From contig JANWKE010000082.1 of assembly GCA_025451535.1 (NCBI GenBank), positions 14,884-78,883 on the forward strand: DNA of 64,000 nt, read 5' to 3'. The notes beneath the pieces are model-generated. The model saw only the letters and a list, made by a program, of their open reading frames with translations. It was not told the DNA's origin and made no database searches. The position numbers and the translations under genes are program-made. Below are positions 46,760 through 55,309 of this stretch, one piece after another; within the stretch, counting starts at the first letter, position 1; each line of letters opens with the position of its first letter. This DNA is from Verrucomicrobiia bacterium. GTDB lineage: Bacteria > Verrucomicrobiota > Verrucomicrobiia > Limisphaerales > UBA11358.

Positions 46760-47641
46760 TTATGGGTCCCAACGCAGCGTGCCGAGCCGGGATTCGGGTA
46801 CGTCCTGGACGCTGCCGTCGGCCAGGGCCACCACGAACACATGAGCGTGGCGCGGCTTGCCAATCATCTGTTCGGGGCCACCATGCGCATTCCAGTCGCC
46901 ATCCGATTCAAAAATCATCACGGTCTGCGGATCAACGCTGCTTTCGTCCATGTCGTCGAGCTTGGCGTTGAAGGCATAACCGCAGCGGCTGGCGGAATTG
47001 GCGGCCGGACATTTGAATACCGTTTCCGAGCCGACGCTGGTTTTGATTGCGTCGCACCACGTTACGGCAGGTGGAAAATGATTGGTGTTGTCGCCGGAGT
47101 AAATTCTGACCGCCAGCGCCAGTTGTTTCTCATTACTGATGCAATTGATTTCCTGGGCCTTTTGTTTGGCCGTCGCGAGCGCCGGCAGCAGCATCGCGGC
47201 AAAAATCGGTATCAGCAAAAACGTGAGGCTGCTCATAATGACACCCGCCAGCGCCAATCCTTTGCCGCGAAGCTGCCCCGAGCTCTTACCAATCTTGTTC
47301 ATCGCGACAATTCCCAGAATCAAGCCGACGGGCGCGGAAAGGAGCACGGTGATGCCGCACGTGACAATGCCCAGTATCCCCAGCACCAGGGAGGTAATGG
47401 CCATGCCACTGGTTTTTGCCGGGTTGGCGGCTGCGCCAACCGGCAATGGTGGTGGCGTGGGACCCTGGAACGCGCCGGCAAATTCGGGAAGTTCGGCAAG
47501 CGTTTTGAATCCGGTCGCGCCTTCGGCCTGGACCCGGGTTTGGGCGTTGACCCGGCCGTCCACAATCCATTGGCGCAGTTGCTGCTCAGTGACCGGGCCG
47601 TATTCTTTTTGATCGCTTCCTATGACTTTATAGTTTGCCAT
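46760..47641 (-). CDS. GYF_2-domain protein fused via TM segments to an H-X9-DG (DUF1559-like, pseudopilin-derived) domain
   Basis: MANYKVIGSDQKEYGPVTEQQLRQWIVDGRVNAQTRVQ; FAAMLLPALATAKQKAQEINCISNEKQLALAV; C-terminal HAHVFVVALADGSV = H-X9-DG. Confidence 0.7.
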   Translation of the reverse strand: MANYKVIGSDQKEYGPVTEQQLRQWIVDGRVNAQTRVQAEGATGFKTLAELPEFAGAFQGPTPPPLPVGAAANPAKTSGMAITSLVLGILGIVTCGITVLLSAPVGLILGIVAMNKIGKSSGQLRGKGLALAGVIMSSLTFLLIPIFAAMLLPALATAKQKAQEINCISNEKQLALAVRIYSGDNTNHFPPAVTWCDAIKTSVGSETVFKCPAANSASRCGYAFNAKLDDMDESSVDPQTVMIFESDGDWNAHGGPEQMIGKPRHAHVFVVALADGSVQDVPESRLGTLRWDP

Positions 47642-47708
47642 AAACGTGATGGGTTCCTGCGGTTCTAGTCGGTTGGTCGCCTTTGTGCAAGCTCCGGTTC
47701 GCAAATCG
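47642..47708 (-). promoter_or_regulatory. Conserved leader/promoter block, copy 2
   Basis: GGTTCTAGTCGGTT (47661-47674) and GCCTTTGTGCAAGC (47679-47692). Confidence 0.45.
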
Positions 47709-47726
47709 AAACCTCGCAAAACACCG

Positions 47727-47798
47727 GCAGCGGCGGTCTGTGACCGCCATAAGGGATTGAAAAGGACCGGAATTCGGCGGTCATAGACCGCCGTTACA
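47727..47798. repeat. About 72-bp double-hairpin element (degenerate GTAGCGSC-terminus family member)
   Basis: GGCGGTC-tgt-GACCGCC (47732-47748) and GGCGGTC-ata-GACCGCC (47776-47792). The 3' end TCATAGACCGCCGTTACA matches 8038-8055. Confidence 0.6.
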
Positions 47799-47829
47799 AC
47801 CTCAAAAGCGATTTTTAGGAAATCTCAAA

Positions 47830-48936
47830 TCATGTGTTCCGCACGAATAACTTTCCGGGCAATTGTTTGACCGCCCGCTTCATTTCCAGGCTTAACAACG
47901 CCACGCTCACGGCCGAACTCGGCAACCCGCTCCGCCGGATGACCTCGTCAATCGCCGATTCATCGCGGCTCAGGGAATCATAAACACGTTGTTCGTTTTC
48001 GGACAATTCCAGCGCCGGCAACACGCCGGTTTCACCGGGCGACGGCGCGCGGTTGCTCCCCGGAAACAAATACTCGAATTCACTCAGAACGTCCTCGGCG
48101 CCTTCACACAACTTGGCGCCCTTTTTAATCAGGTCGTGACAACCCTTGCTGCGTGGCGAATCAATCCGCCCCGGCACGGCGAACACTTGCCGGCCGTATT
48201 CCGTCGCGAAATTCGACGTGATGAGCGCGCCACTGTTCAAGTCGGCCTCCACCACCACCGTGCCGAGCGTCATGCCCGCGATGATCCGGTTGCGGATGGC
48301 GAAGGATTGTTTGTCGCCGTTGCGATTGAAGGGGAACTGGGTGATGACCGCGCCGTTGGCCGCCGCCCGTTCAAACAAATCCCTGTTCTCGGGTGGAAAC
48401 ACGACATTGATGCCTGTGCCGAGAACCACAACCGTCCGACCTTTCGCCGCCAGTGCGCCCTGATGCGACGCCGTATCAATGCCGCGGGCGCCGCCGCTGA
48501 CGACGGTGACGCCGACATAGGCCAGTTGGTATGCCAGCTTGCGTGCCGCTTCAATGCCGTAATGCGTCGTCATCCGTGAGCCAACCAAGGCCACCGCATT
48601 CTTGTCTTTCGCGGTCAACCCGCCCTTGACGTAAAGCGCCAGTGGCGGATCGTAAATCTCGCGGAGCAGGGCGGGATATTCGTCATCGCTCTGAATCAGA
48701 ACGCGGCAGCCGGATTCCGTAATCCGTTTCAACTCGCCGGCGAGGTCAATGGATTTTTCCCAATGGCAAATCGCCTCGGCGGTTTCGTCGCCGATGTTGC
48801 GGACGCGGAGCAGGGCGGATTTGGAGGCGGCCAGAATTTTGGGGGCGTCCCCGAAGTGTTCGAGCAACGAACGGGCGCGGACCGGGCCGACGTGTTCGAT
48901 GAGGTTCAACGCGATTAGGGCTTCGCGGGGATCCAT
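47830..48936 (-). CDS. dprA: DNA-processing protein DprA (Smf)
   Basis: LVGSRMTTHYG, VVSGGARGIDTASHQGAL, VVVLGTGINVVFPPEN, and a C-terminal winged-helix-like tail. Confidence 0.9.
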   Translation of the reverse strand: MDPREALIALNLIEHVGPVRARSLLEHFGDAPKILAASKSALLRVRNIGDETAEAICHWEKSIDLAGELKRITESGCRVLIQSDDEYPALLREIYDPPLALYVKGGLTAKDKNAVALVGSRMTTHYGIEAARKLAYQLAYVGVTVVSGGARGIDTASHQGALAAKGRTVVVLGTGINVVFPPENRDLFERAAANGAVITQFPFNRNGDKQSFAIRNRIIAGMTLGTVVVEADLNSGALITSNFATEYGRQVFAVPGRIDSPRSKGCHDLIKKGAKLCEGAEDVLSEFEYLFPGSNRAPSPGETGVLPALELSENEQRVYDSLSRDESAIDEVIRRSGLPSSAVSVALLSLEMKRAVKQLPGKLFVRNT

Positions 48937-48978
48937 TGAGCATGGATAACGGTTTGTGATGGTTGCCGCAAGCGAAAG

Positions 48979-49860
48979 GTGCCGCAGCGTTGCAATTTTG
49001 AAATTCTTTGTTACTTAATCCACGTGCCTGATCCCAGTCTCTTGCTCCTGATCCCGGCCTATAACGAGGAGCGCCGCATCGAACCGGTGTTGCGCGATTA
49101 CGCCCGTTTTTTTCAGGAACAGTACCGCGGTAAATTCCAACTGGTCGTCATTCTCAACGGCTGCACGGACAACACGCTGGGCATCGTGCAGCGCGTTACC
49201 AGGGATTATGCGAGTGTCAGCTATCTGAATTTTCCCGGCTCCATCGGCAAAGGGGGCGCGCTCATCGAGGGCCTCAAACTGGCGCCGTTCGCAGATTTTA
49301 TTGGATACACGGATGCCGACGGCGCAACCCCGCCGCACGCCTTCCTTGACCTGGTCCGGCACCTCGGCGCGGCGGACTGCGTCATCGGTTCGCGCTGGCG
49401 GCACGGCGCAATCATTCACCAGTCGCAGGCCGGCCACCGCCAGCTGGCCAGCCGCGTATTTCATCTGATTGTGCAATTGCTGTTCTGGTTGAACATCCGC
49501 GATACGCAATGCGGTGCGAAGGTGATGAAACGTGAAGCCGTCGAAAAAATCCATTCTTACCTGCGCATCGCCGACATGGCGTTCGACATCAACCTGCTGG
49601 TTGCCTTGCATCGCGCGGGCTTCCGCATCCTCGAAGTGCCGACCGAATGGACGGACAAAATCGGGTCAAAAGTGGTGCTGGGCCGGACGTCGTTGACGAT
49701 GCTTCTCTCCACGGTCCGCGTCCGGTTGATTTACTGGCCGCGGCTCTACAAACTGCTTCGCCCGTTGCGTCCATTGGAAGGCTGGATTTACGGAAAACTC
49801 AGCGCCCCGCCACCGTTGTCGGAGTCTCAAGTCCAGAGTCCGAAGTCCAGGGTCGAGTAA
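48979..49860 (+). CDS. Family 2 glycosyltransferase (dolichyl/polyprenyl-phosphate hexosyltransferase-like)
   Basis: LLLLIPAYNEERRI, TDADGATPP, RDTQCGAK. GTG start. An alternative GTG at 49024 is possible. Confidence 0.8.
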   Translation: MPQRCNFEILCYLIHVPDPSLLLLIPAYNEERRIEPVLRDYARFFQEQYRGKFQLVVILNGCTDNTLGIVQRVTRDYASVSYLNFPGSIGKGGALIEGLKLAPFADFIGYTDADGATPPHAFLDLVRHLGAADCVIGSRWRHGAIIHQSQAGHRQLASRVFHLIVQLLFWLNIRDTQCGAKVMKREAVEKIHSYLRIADMAFDINLLVALHRAGFRILEVPTEWTDKIGSKVVLGRTSLTMLLSTVRVRLIYWPRLYKLLRPLRPLEGWIYGKLSAPPPLSESQVQSPKSRVE

Positions 49861-49897
49861 GGCCGTGGCTTTGGACTTCAGACCCCGGACTTTGGAC
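49823..49897. terminator. Heptad-periodic bidirectional hairpin spanning both convergent stop codons
   Basis: Left arm agtctca agtccag agtccga agtccag ggtcgag. Right arm ctttgga cttcaga ccccgga ctttgga. About a 17-bp stem (one G-U, one mismatch). The loop contains TAA 49858-60 and TGA(rc) 49878-80. Confidence 0.55.
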
Positions 49898-51149
49898 CCA
49901 AAAAAGTGAACCCCGCGCACACGCCCAACAGCAGCAGATTAAAAACGCCCAGCGTCTTCAGCACCGTGATCAATGTGTCGTGAAATTGCGTCAGCGCAAT
50001 GCCATAGGCTGCGGCGAGCAGCAGCAGCACCGGCACGATGCGGAATTGCGAGCGCGCCAGCAGGTTATTTACCAGCGCAAAGGCCAGTGACAAAGGCACC
50101 ATCGCCCATGCGTACCACGGCAGCACCGCCGCGGCAACCGAGACATAATCTTTTGAGTACGCCAACCTGACAATCCAGGGTCCCAGAATGGTCAATCCCA
50201 CCGCGCCGCCGGCCGCCAGGATGGCCGTGCCGAGCAGTACCAAACCCAGCAGGTCGCTCTTCTCCGAGCGCGCCACGCTGTGGACAATTTTCGGGAACAT
50301 TACCGTAGCCAGTGGCACTACCAGCCACATGAGCCCGCGCGACAACGTCCCGGCGCTCACGTAAAACGCCGCGTCATCCCCCGAAAAATACGCTTTGACG
50401 AACATGGTGTCCGCGGTGAAAAAGAACTGAACGGCGGCAAATCCCAGCAACAACGGAACGATTTGTTTCAGCAGGCTGCGCCAGTCGAACGGCAGCGCGG
50501 GCAATAGCCACAGCGACCGGGTTTGCCAGATGGCGACGCCGACACCCATGGCCAATCCCAGGCACACGCCCATCATCATTCCGCCCGCGTAAGCGCCCAG
50601 CACGAGCACGAGGAACGATGCGATGCCCAGCCGGCCCGCGCCGTTGAAAATGTATGTCCAGCCGAACCAGAGAAAATTCTGTTGCCCCTGAAGCACACCC
50701 CAAAACATCGGCAGCCAGAAGGAAAACAACACCACGAGGACCGTAATCCACAAATCAGCCGGATTGGTGATTTGCCAACCCGTCAGAATATCCTTCTGCC
50801 AGATGAACGTGCCGAGTGCCAGCAATAGACACAGGCCAAATGTCCCCAGCCACGCCAGCCGGATTATCCCCGCCAGCTCCCGCTTCCGGTCGGTGGCCAG
50901 CGCCTGCGCTGTTTGCTGCGCCAACACCATCTGCAACGGCATGTTCGGGACAAACATCGCCACCGCCAGCAGCACGCCAAAGATGCCGTATTGCTCCGGG
51001 GGAATTTTTTTGTTCAACAAATGAACCGCGTACATCATCACGCCGCTGCCGACGTTCGCCATCATCAGCCAGCCGCTCTGCCGGAAAAAGGTGGCGTGCG
51101 GTTTGGTCCCGGCGGCCACGGACGCGGATTCGGTTGTTTCTGCGGGCAT
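49878..51149 (-). CDS. Polysaccharide/oligosaccharide flippase (MOP/Wzx-like, 12+ TM)
   Basis: Polytopic, about 420 aa, adjacent to the GT2 gene. Motif-level identification only. Confidence 0.7.
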   Translation of the reverse strand: MPAETTESASVAAGTKPHATFFRQSGWLMMANVGSGVMMYAVHLLNKKIPPEQYGIFGVLLAVAMFVPNMPLQMVLAQQTAQALATDRKRELAGIIRLAWLGTFGLCLLLALGTFIWQKDILTGWQITNPADLWITVLVVLFSFWLPMFWGVLQGQQNFLWFGWTYIFNGAGRLGIASFLVLVLGAYAGGMMMGVCLGLAMGVGVAIWQTRSLWLLPALPFDWRSLLKQIVPLLLGFAAVQFFFTADTMFVKAYFSGDDAAFYVSAGTLSRGLMWLVVPLATVMFPKIVHSVARSEKSDLLGLVLLGTAILAAGGAVGLTILGPWIVRLAYSKDYVSVAAAVLPWYAWAMVPLSLAFALVNNLLARSQFRIVPVLLLLAAAYGIALTQFHDTLITVLKTLGVFNLLLLGVCAGFTFLGPKSGV

Positions 51150-51179
51150 GGGCGTTGGACAATACGAAAAGCCGCGAAT

Positions 51180-52307
51180 TCAAGGAAGTGAATTCAGAAA
51201 TCGCAACAATAAATTTTTACCACGTTCCAGTGACGTCAGCGAAATCCATTCGTCGGCAGTGTGCGCCTGCACGATGTCGCCGGGGCCGAAGACGACAGCG
51301 GGAATCTTGCCCGCCGACAACAGTGCTGCGTCGCAGAAGAAATCAACCCCCCTCGGGCGCGGTTGGCCGATGCTCTGTAAAAATTGCCGGACCAGCGGCA
51401 GCTTTGGATTGGTTTCCAACGGCCGTGCCGGCGCCAGCGTGATGCTGGAAATTTTCGCGTTCAATCCTTTTGAGCTGAGAAACGCGCCGATTTCGCGGCG
51501 CACGCCGGCGTCCGTTTCGCCGGGCAACGTCCGCCGGTCAACCGTGATGGCGCAACGGTCAGGAACGATGTTCGGCTGCGTGCCGCCGCAGACGGTGCCG
51601 ACGTTCACCGTCGCCGCACCGAGCAACGGATGACGGCACTTTCGCAACCGCGCGGCGTAATCCGTCTCCAGCGTCTCCACGATGCGCGCCATTTCGCGAA
51701 TGGCACTCTTGCCGAATTGCGGCATTGCGCCATGCGCGGCCTTGCCGCGCGTCCCGACTTCCAGCCACAAAATGCCTTTGTGCGCAGTGACGACTTGCAG
51801 GCGCGTCGGTTCGCCGACGATGGCCAAATCAGCCTTGAACCGGCTTTGGACCAGCGCGCGGGAACCGGCCTGCGCGTGTTCCTCGTCCACCAATCCGGCA
51901 AAAACAACCTCGGTTTCCTGCGGGCACGATTTCGATTCCGCCAATTCGCAAAGCGCGGCGAACATCGCGGCGACCGAGCCTTTCGCGTCGCACGCGCCGC
52001 GGCCACAGAGGCGACCGTGCTTCCGCCGTGGCACAAATTGCGAATCCCCGGCGTTGACCGTGTCGAGGTGTGGCGCGAGCAGGACGGTCTGGCGGGCTTT
52101 GCCCCGTGGCCGCAGGCGCACCATCAGGTTGGATCGTCCGGGGCGCACCCGTTGAAATTCGACTTCGAGCCCGGCCTGCGCGGCGACCGACGCCAGAAAA
52201 TCCGCAACGCGTTTTTCTCCGGCGTTGGGATGTCGTGGCGGGAGAAAAGCGGGATTGACGCTGGGCAGGGCGACAAGCTCGGTAAGCAGTTTCTCGGTGC
52301 GGGTCAT
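51180..52307 (-). CDS. M20-family metallopeptidase (ArgE/DapE-like deacylase)
   Basis: LVALPSVNP, LLAPHLDTV, GRGACDAKG, GLVDEEH, and C-terminal FGPGDIVQAHTADEWI. Confidence 0.8.
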   Translation of the reverse strand: MTRTEKLLTELVALPSVNPAFLPPRHPNAGEKRVADFLASVAAQAGLEVEFQRVRPGRSNLMVRLRPRGKARQTVLLAPHLDTVNAGDSQFVPRRKHGRLCGRGACDAKGSVAAMFAALCELAESKSCPQETEVVFAGLVDEEHAQAGSRALVQSRFKADLAIVGEPTRLQVVTAHKGILWLEVGTRGKAAHGAMPQFGKSAIREMARIVETLETDYAARLRKCRHPLLGAATVNVGTVCGGTQPNIVPDRCAITVDRRTLPGETDAGVRREIGAFLSSKGLNAKISSITLAPARPLETNPKLPLVRQFLQSIGQPRPRGVDFFCDAALLSAGKIPAVVFGPGDIVQAHTADEWISLTSLERGKNLLLRFLNSLP

Positions 52308-52596
52308 GTGCCAGAAGTTTAATGGCTGGACGCAATGCTGTCGAGAATCGGGGAAAAAGCGCAGCGGGCGTTGAACCACATACAAATTACAAACACGACT
52401 TGTATCCAACGTCCGCCGCTTAAACTTGAACTACCCTGCCAATTTAATCCTGCGGTTTACTTTGGCAAGTGACGTTTTGGTTCCAAGTGCGTGACGATCC
52501 ATACAACTTGCCCGAGGTGGCAGTCCTTCCCGGTGGCGCCGGACCGGACGCGGCTTTTTCTGGACAAAAAATGCCGGCGCGAGCACAGTAAAATTT

Positions 52597-53004
52597 ATGA
52601 AACAAGTTAAGGGAAAATCGGATACGATCCTTTGGATTGAAGCTTTCGGCTTCTCATTGATTATCGCGCTTTCCTGGCTGACAGAAATAATGCGGATTCC
52701 TCATTTTATTTTCGGCGAGCCATTTACTCCCAATTGGCATCGGGCCATCCTCCGGACCCTTGTGGTTTCGCTGATCTGGGCCTGGGTCCATCTGGCGACC
52801 AGGCGGCTGCTGAAACGGCTGCATTACCTTGAAGAATTTCTGCGAATATGCAGTTGGTGCCGCCGCGTTTGCCACGAAGGGGAATGGCTTACCCTGGAAG
52901 AGTATTTCAACTCCAAATTTGCCACGCAAACGTCTCACGGCATGTGCCCCGAATGCCTGCAAAAGGAAAAAGAAGACATCCAGTCAAGGGCTGATCCGAT
53001 TTGA
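52597..53004 (+). CDS. Small two-TM protein with a C-terminal CxxC...H...CxxC zinc-ribbon-like module
   Basis: ICSWCRRVCHEGEWLTLEEYFNSKFATQTSHGMCPECLQKE. Confidence 0.55.
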   Translation: MKQVKGKSDTILWIEAFGFSLIIALSWLTEIMRIPHFIFGEPFTPNWHRAILRTLVVSLIWAWVHLATRRLLKRLHYLEEFLRICSWCRRVCHEGEWLTLEEYFNSKFATQTSHGMCPECLQKEKEDIQSRADPI

Positions 53005-53084
53005 ATTTCTGAACCATGAATATAAATCAGGAACGATCCACTCAACGTTTTTAACACGCCTCGTTCCTGCAACCATTCACACTT

Positions 53085-54191
53085 ATGAAAAACCTCCCCC
53101 TGTTCATTATTGGTTTGATGGCTCTTTGCTTTGCCCGGGTTGACGCAGCCGAAACCGATCCCCCGCCAGTGCACCTGGCCATTTACGGCCTGGTTCACGA
53201 TCATGTGAAGGGTTTTCTGCCCAACGTACTCAAATGCAAGGACGTTCAACTCGTCGGCATTGTTGAGCCGAATCACGACCTGGCCATGCGCATCGCGGCG
53301 ACCTTCAATCTGAACACAAACCTTTTTCATGCCACCCTGGAAGGGCTGCTCGCCCGAACGAATGTGGATGCCGTGGCGACCTTCACGAGCACGTACGACC
53401 ATCGCCGCGTGGTCGAGGAATGCGCCCCGCACGGCCTGACGGTAATGATGGAAAAACCGCTGGCGGTCAGTTTGAAGGATGGCCGCGCTATTGCCGCCGT
53501 CGCAAAGAAATATGGCATCCCGATTATCGTGAACTATGAAACCACCTGGTATCCTGGAAATCACGAGGCTTACAACCTGATCTACCAACAACATGCCATC
53601 GGCGACATCCGCAAAATCGAGGTGAACGACGGACATTACGGCCCGAAGGAAATCGGCTGCTCGCAGGATTTTCTGGCCTGGCTCACCGATCCTAAACTGG
53701 ACGGCGGCGGTGCGTTGATGGATTTCGGCTGTTACGGCGCAGACCTGATGACGTGGCTGATGCAGGGTGAAAGACCGACCTCGGTTTTCGCTGTCACGCA
53801 ACACTTCAAGCCCAAGGTGTATCCGAAAGTGGAAGACGAGGCGACGATCGTGGTGACTTATCCCAGGGCGCAAGGAATCATCCAGGCCTCCTGGAACTGG
53901 CCTTACAACCGGAAGGACATGGAAATCTACGGCACTGGCGGCTATGTGCTTGTGCCGCAAAGCAACGTGCTGCGCGTGATGAAAAACAACGGTGCGGAAA
54001 CCCAATCCACGGTTCCTCCGCTGACCGGCGTGGACGCGGATTACCTGTCGTATCTTGTGGCCGTGGTGCGCAAACAAATTCAACCTTCCGGGCTTTCTTC
54101 CCTGGCCATGAATCTGACCGTGATGGAAATTCTCGATGCCGCCCGTGAATCCGCCAGAACCGGAAAACGCATTGATTTGCCGAAGCAATAA
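53085..54191 (+). CDS. Secreted Gfo/Idh/MocA-family oxidoreductase
   Basis: Signal peptide, LAIYGLVHDH...VGIVEPN (Rossmann), and MMEKPLA. Confidence 0.85.
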   Translation: MKNLPLFIIGLMALCFARVDAAETDPPPVHLAIYGLVHDHVKGFLPNVLKCKDVQLVGIVEPNHDLAMRIAATFNLNTNLFHATLEGLLARTNVDAVATFTSTYDHRRVVEECAPHGLTVMMEKPLAVSLKDGRAIAAVAKKYGIPIIVNYETTWYPGNHEAYNLIYQQHAIGDIRKIEVNDGHYGPKEIGCSQDFLAWLTDPKLDGGGALMDFGCYGADLMTWLMQGERPTSVFAVTQHFKPKVYPKVEDEATIVVTYPRAQGIIQASWNWPYNRKDMEIYGTGGYVLVPQSNVLRVMKNNGAETQSTVPPLTGVDADYLSYLVAVVRKQIQPSGLSSLAMNLTVMEILDAARESARTGKRIDLPKQ

Positions 54192-54303
54192 TTTCAACCG
54201 GTATTCGGGCGGGCGGGTTGATGGGGCTAACGCCGCCGGCGCGACCCCTTGGTAGAACCCTTTCTTCTCGACACAAGATTTTTCAAGCGTAAAACAACGG
54301 CGA

Positions 54304-55305
54304 ATGAAAAAGTGCGAGTATTGTGGGAAAGAATACCCGGACGAAGCCTCGGTTTGCGCGATTGACGGTCACCCGCTCCCATCATTTCCGGCTGAACCCG
54401 GACCCGTCAACAGCCGTCCCCGCGACGAAGTTGAAACGGCAGTTGTTCACACTTTCATCAGCCATGAAGCCGCGCAACTGGCAGCGTCGAATCTCGAAGC
54501 GCATGGCATCAAGTGCTGGCTAAGTGCCGACGACGGCGGTGGCATGTATCCCAATTTGACAGTTGCCGGCGGGGTGCGTTTGTCCGTTCTCACCTCTGAC
54601 ACTGAAGCGGCAATCGCTTTGCTGAGCGCGCAGGCGTCACCCGTGGAAATCAAGCAGGCTGAAACCGAAGCCGCCGCTTCGTCTCCTCCAGAACCCGTTT
54701 CACCAAAACAGCCTGCTCCAGGCCAGCTGCTGGTTGGCATGGTTCTGGGAGCGATCATGGGAGTTATCCTTTGTCTGCTCTATCAGTGGGCAACCGAGTT
54801 CGGGACAAAAACATATTATCATTACAGCCACGGCAAGGCTGATGAACAGTGGGTCTATCGCAATGGAGATCTGGTCGAATTCCTTCAAGACCGAAACCTC
54901 GACGGGAAATGGGATCATTGGGCCTATTATGAACATGGACGGGTCCTGCGCGCCGAGTACGATAACAACTTCGATGGAAAACCGGACGTTTGGTGGACGT
55001 ATTCTGACGATGGAACTGACACGCTAGAAAGAGACACTGATTTTAACGGCATTCCGGATGTGTTTTCCGCCTACAAAAACAGAATAATTCAACAAGTTGA
55101 TATAAAGCCAAATGGTTCAAAATTAAGTACGGAGCGCGAATTGTATAGAAATGGTGTGCTGACAGAAATTGAGCGAGGAGAAAACAAGGACGGCGATTTT
55201 AAAGAAATCGTACGCTACGATCCATTCTTCAATCCTGTCAGTACGAAACCCGTCAACACAAATATTATCACCGGGTTGAACCTGCGAGCGCCTGTTTCCG
55301 AATAG
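54304..55305 (+). CDS. Zinc-ribbon + DUF2007-like domain + TM + repeat ectodomain protein
   Basis: MKKCEYCGKEYPDEASVCAIDG; HEAAQLAASNLEAHGIKCWLSADD...; TM LLVGMVLGAIMGVILCLL; repeated D.N.DGK.D motifs. Confidence 0.6.
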   Translation: MKKCEYCGKEYPDEASVCAIDGHPLPSFPAEPGPVNSRPRDEVETAVVHTFISHEAAQLAASNLEAHGIKCWLSADDGGGMYPNLTVAGGVRLSVLTSDTEAAIALLSAQASPVEIKQAETEAAASSPPEPVSPKQPAPGQLLVGMVLGAIMGVILCLLYQWATEFGTKTYYHYSHGKADEQWVYRNGDLVEFLQDRNLDGKWDHWAYYEHGRVLRAEYDNNFDGKPDVWWTYSDDGTDTLERDTDFNGIPDVFSAYKNRIIQQVDIKPNGSKLSTERELYRNGVLTEIERGENKDGDFKEIVRYDPFFNPVSTKPVNTNIITGLNLRAPVSE

Positions 55306-55309
55306 CGCT

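Noticed and set aside
52935-54197. 420-aa minus-strand ORF
   Set aside because: It is antisense to the Gfo/Idh/MocA oxidoreductase, which has clear Rossmann and EKP motifs.
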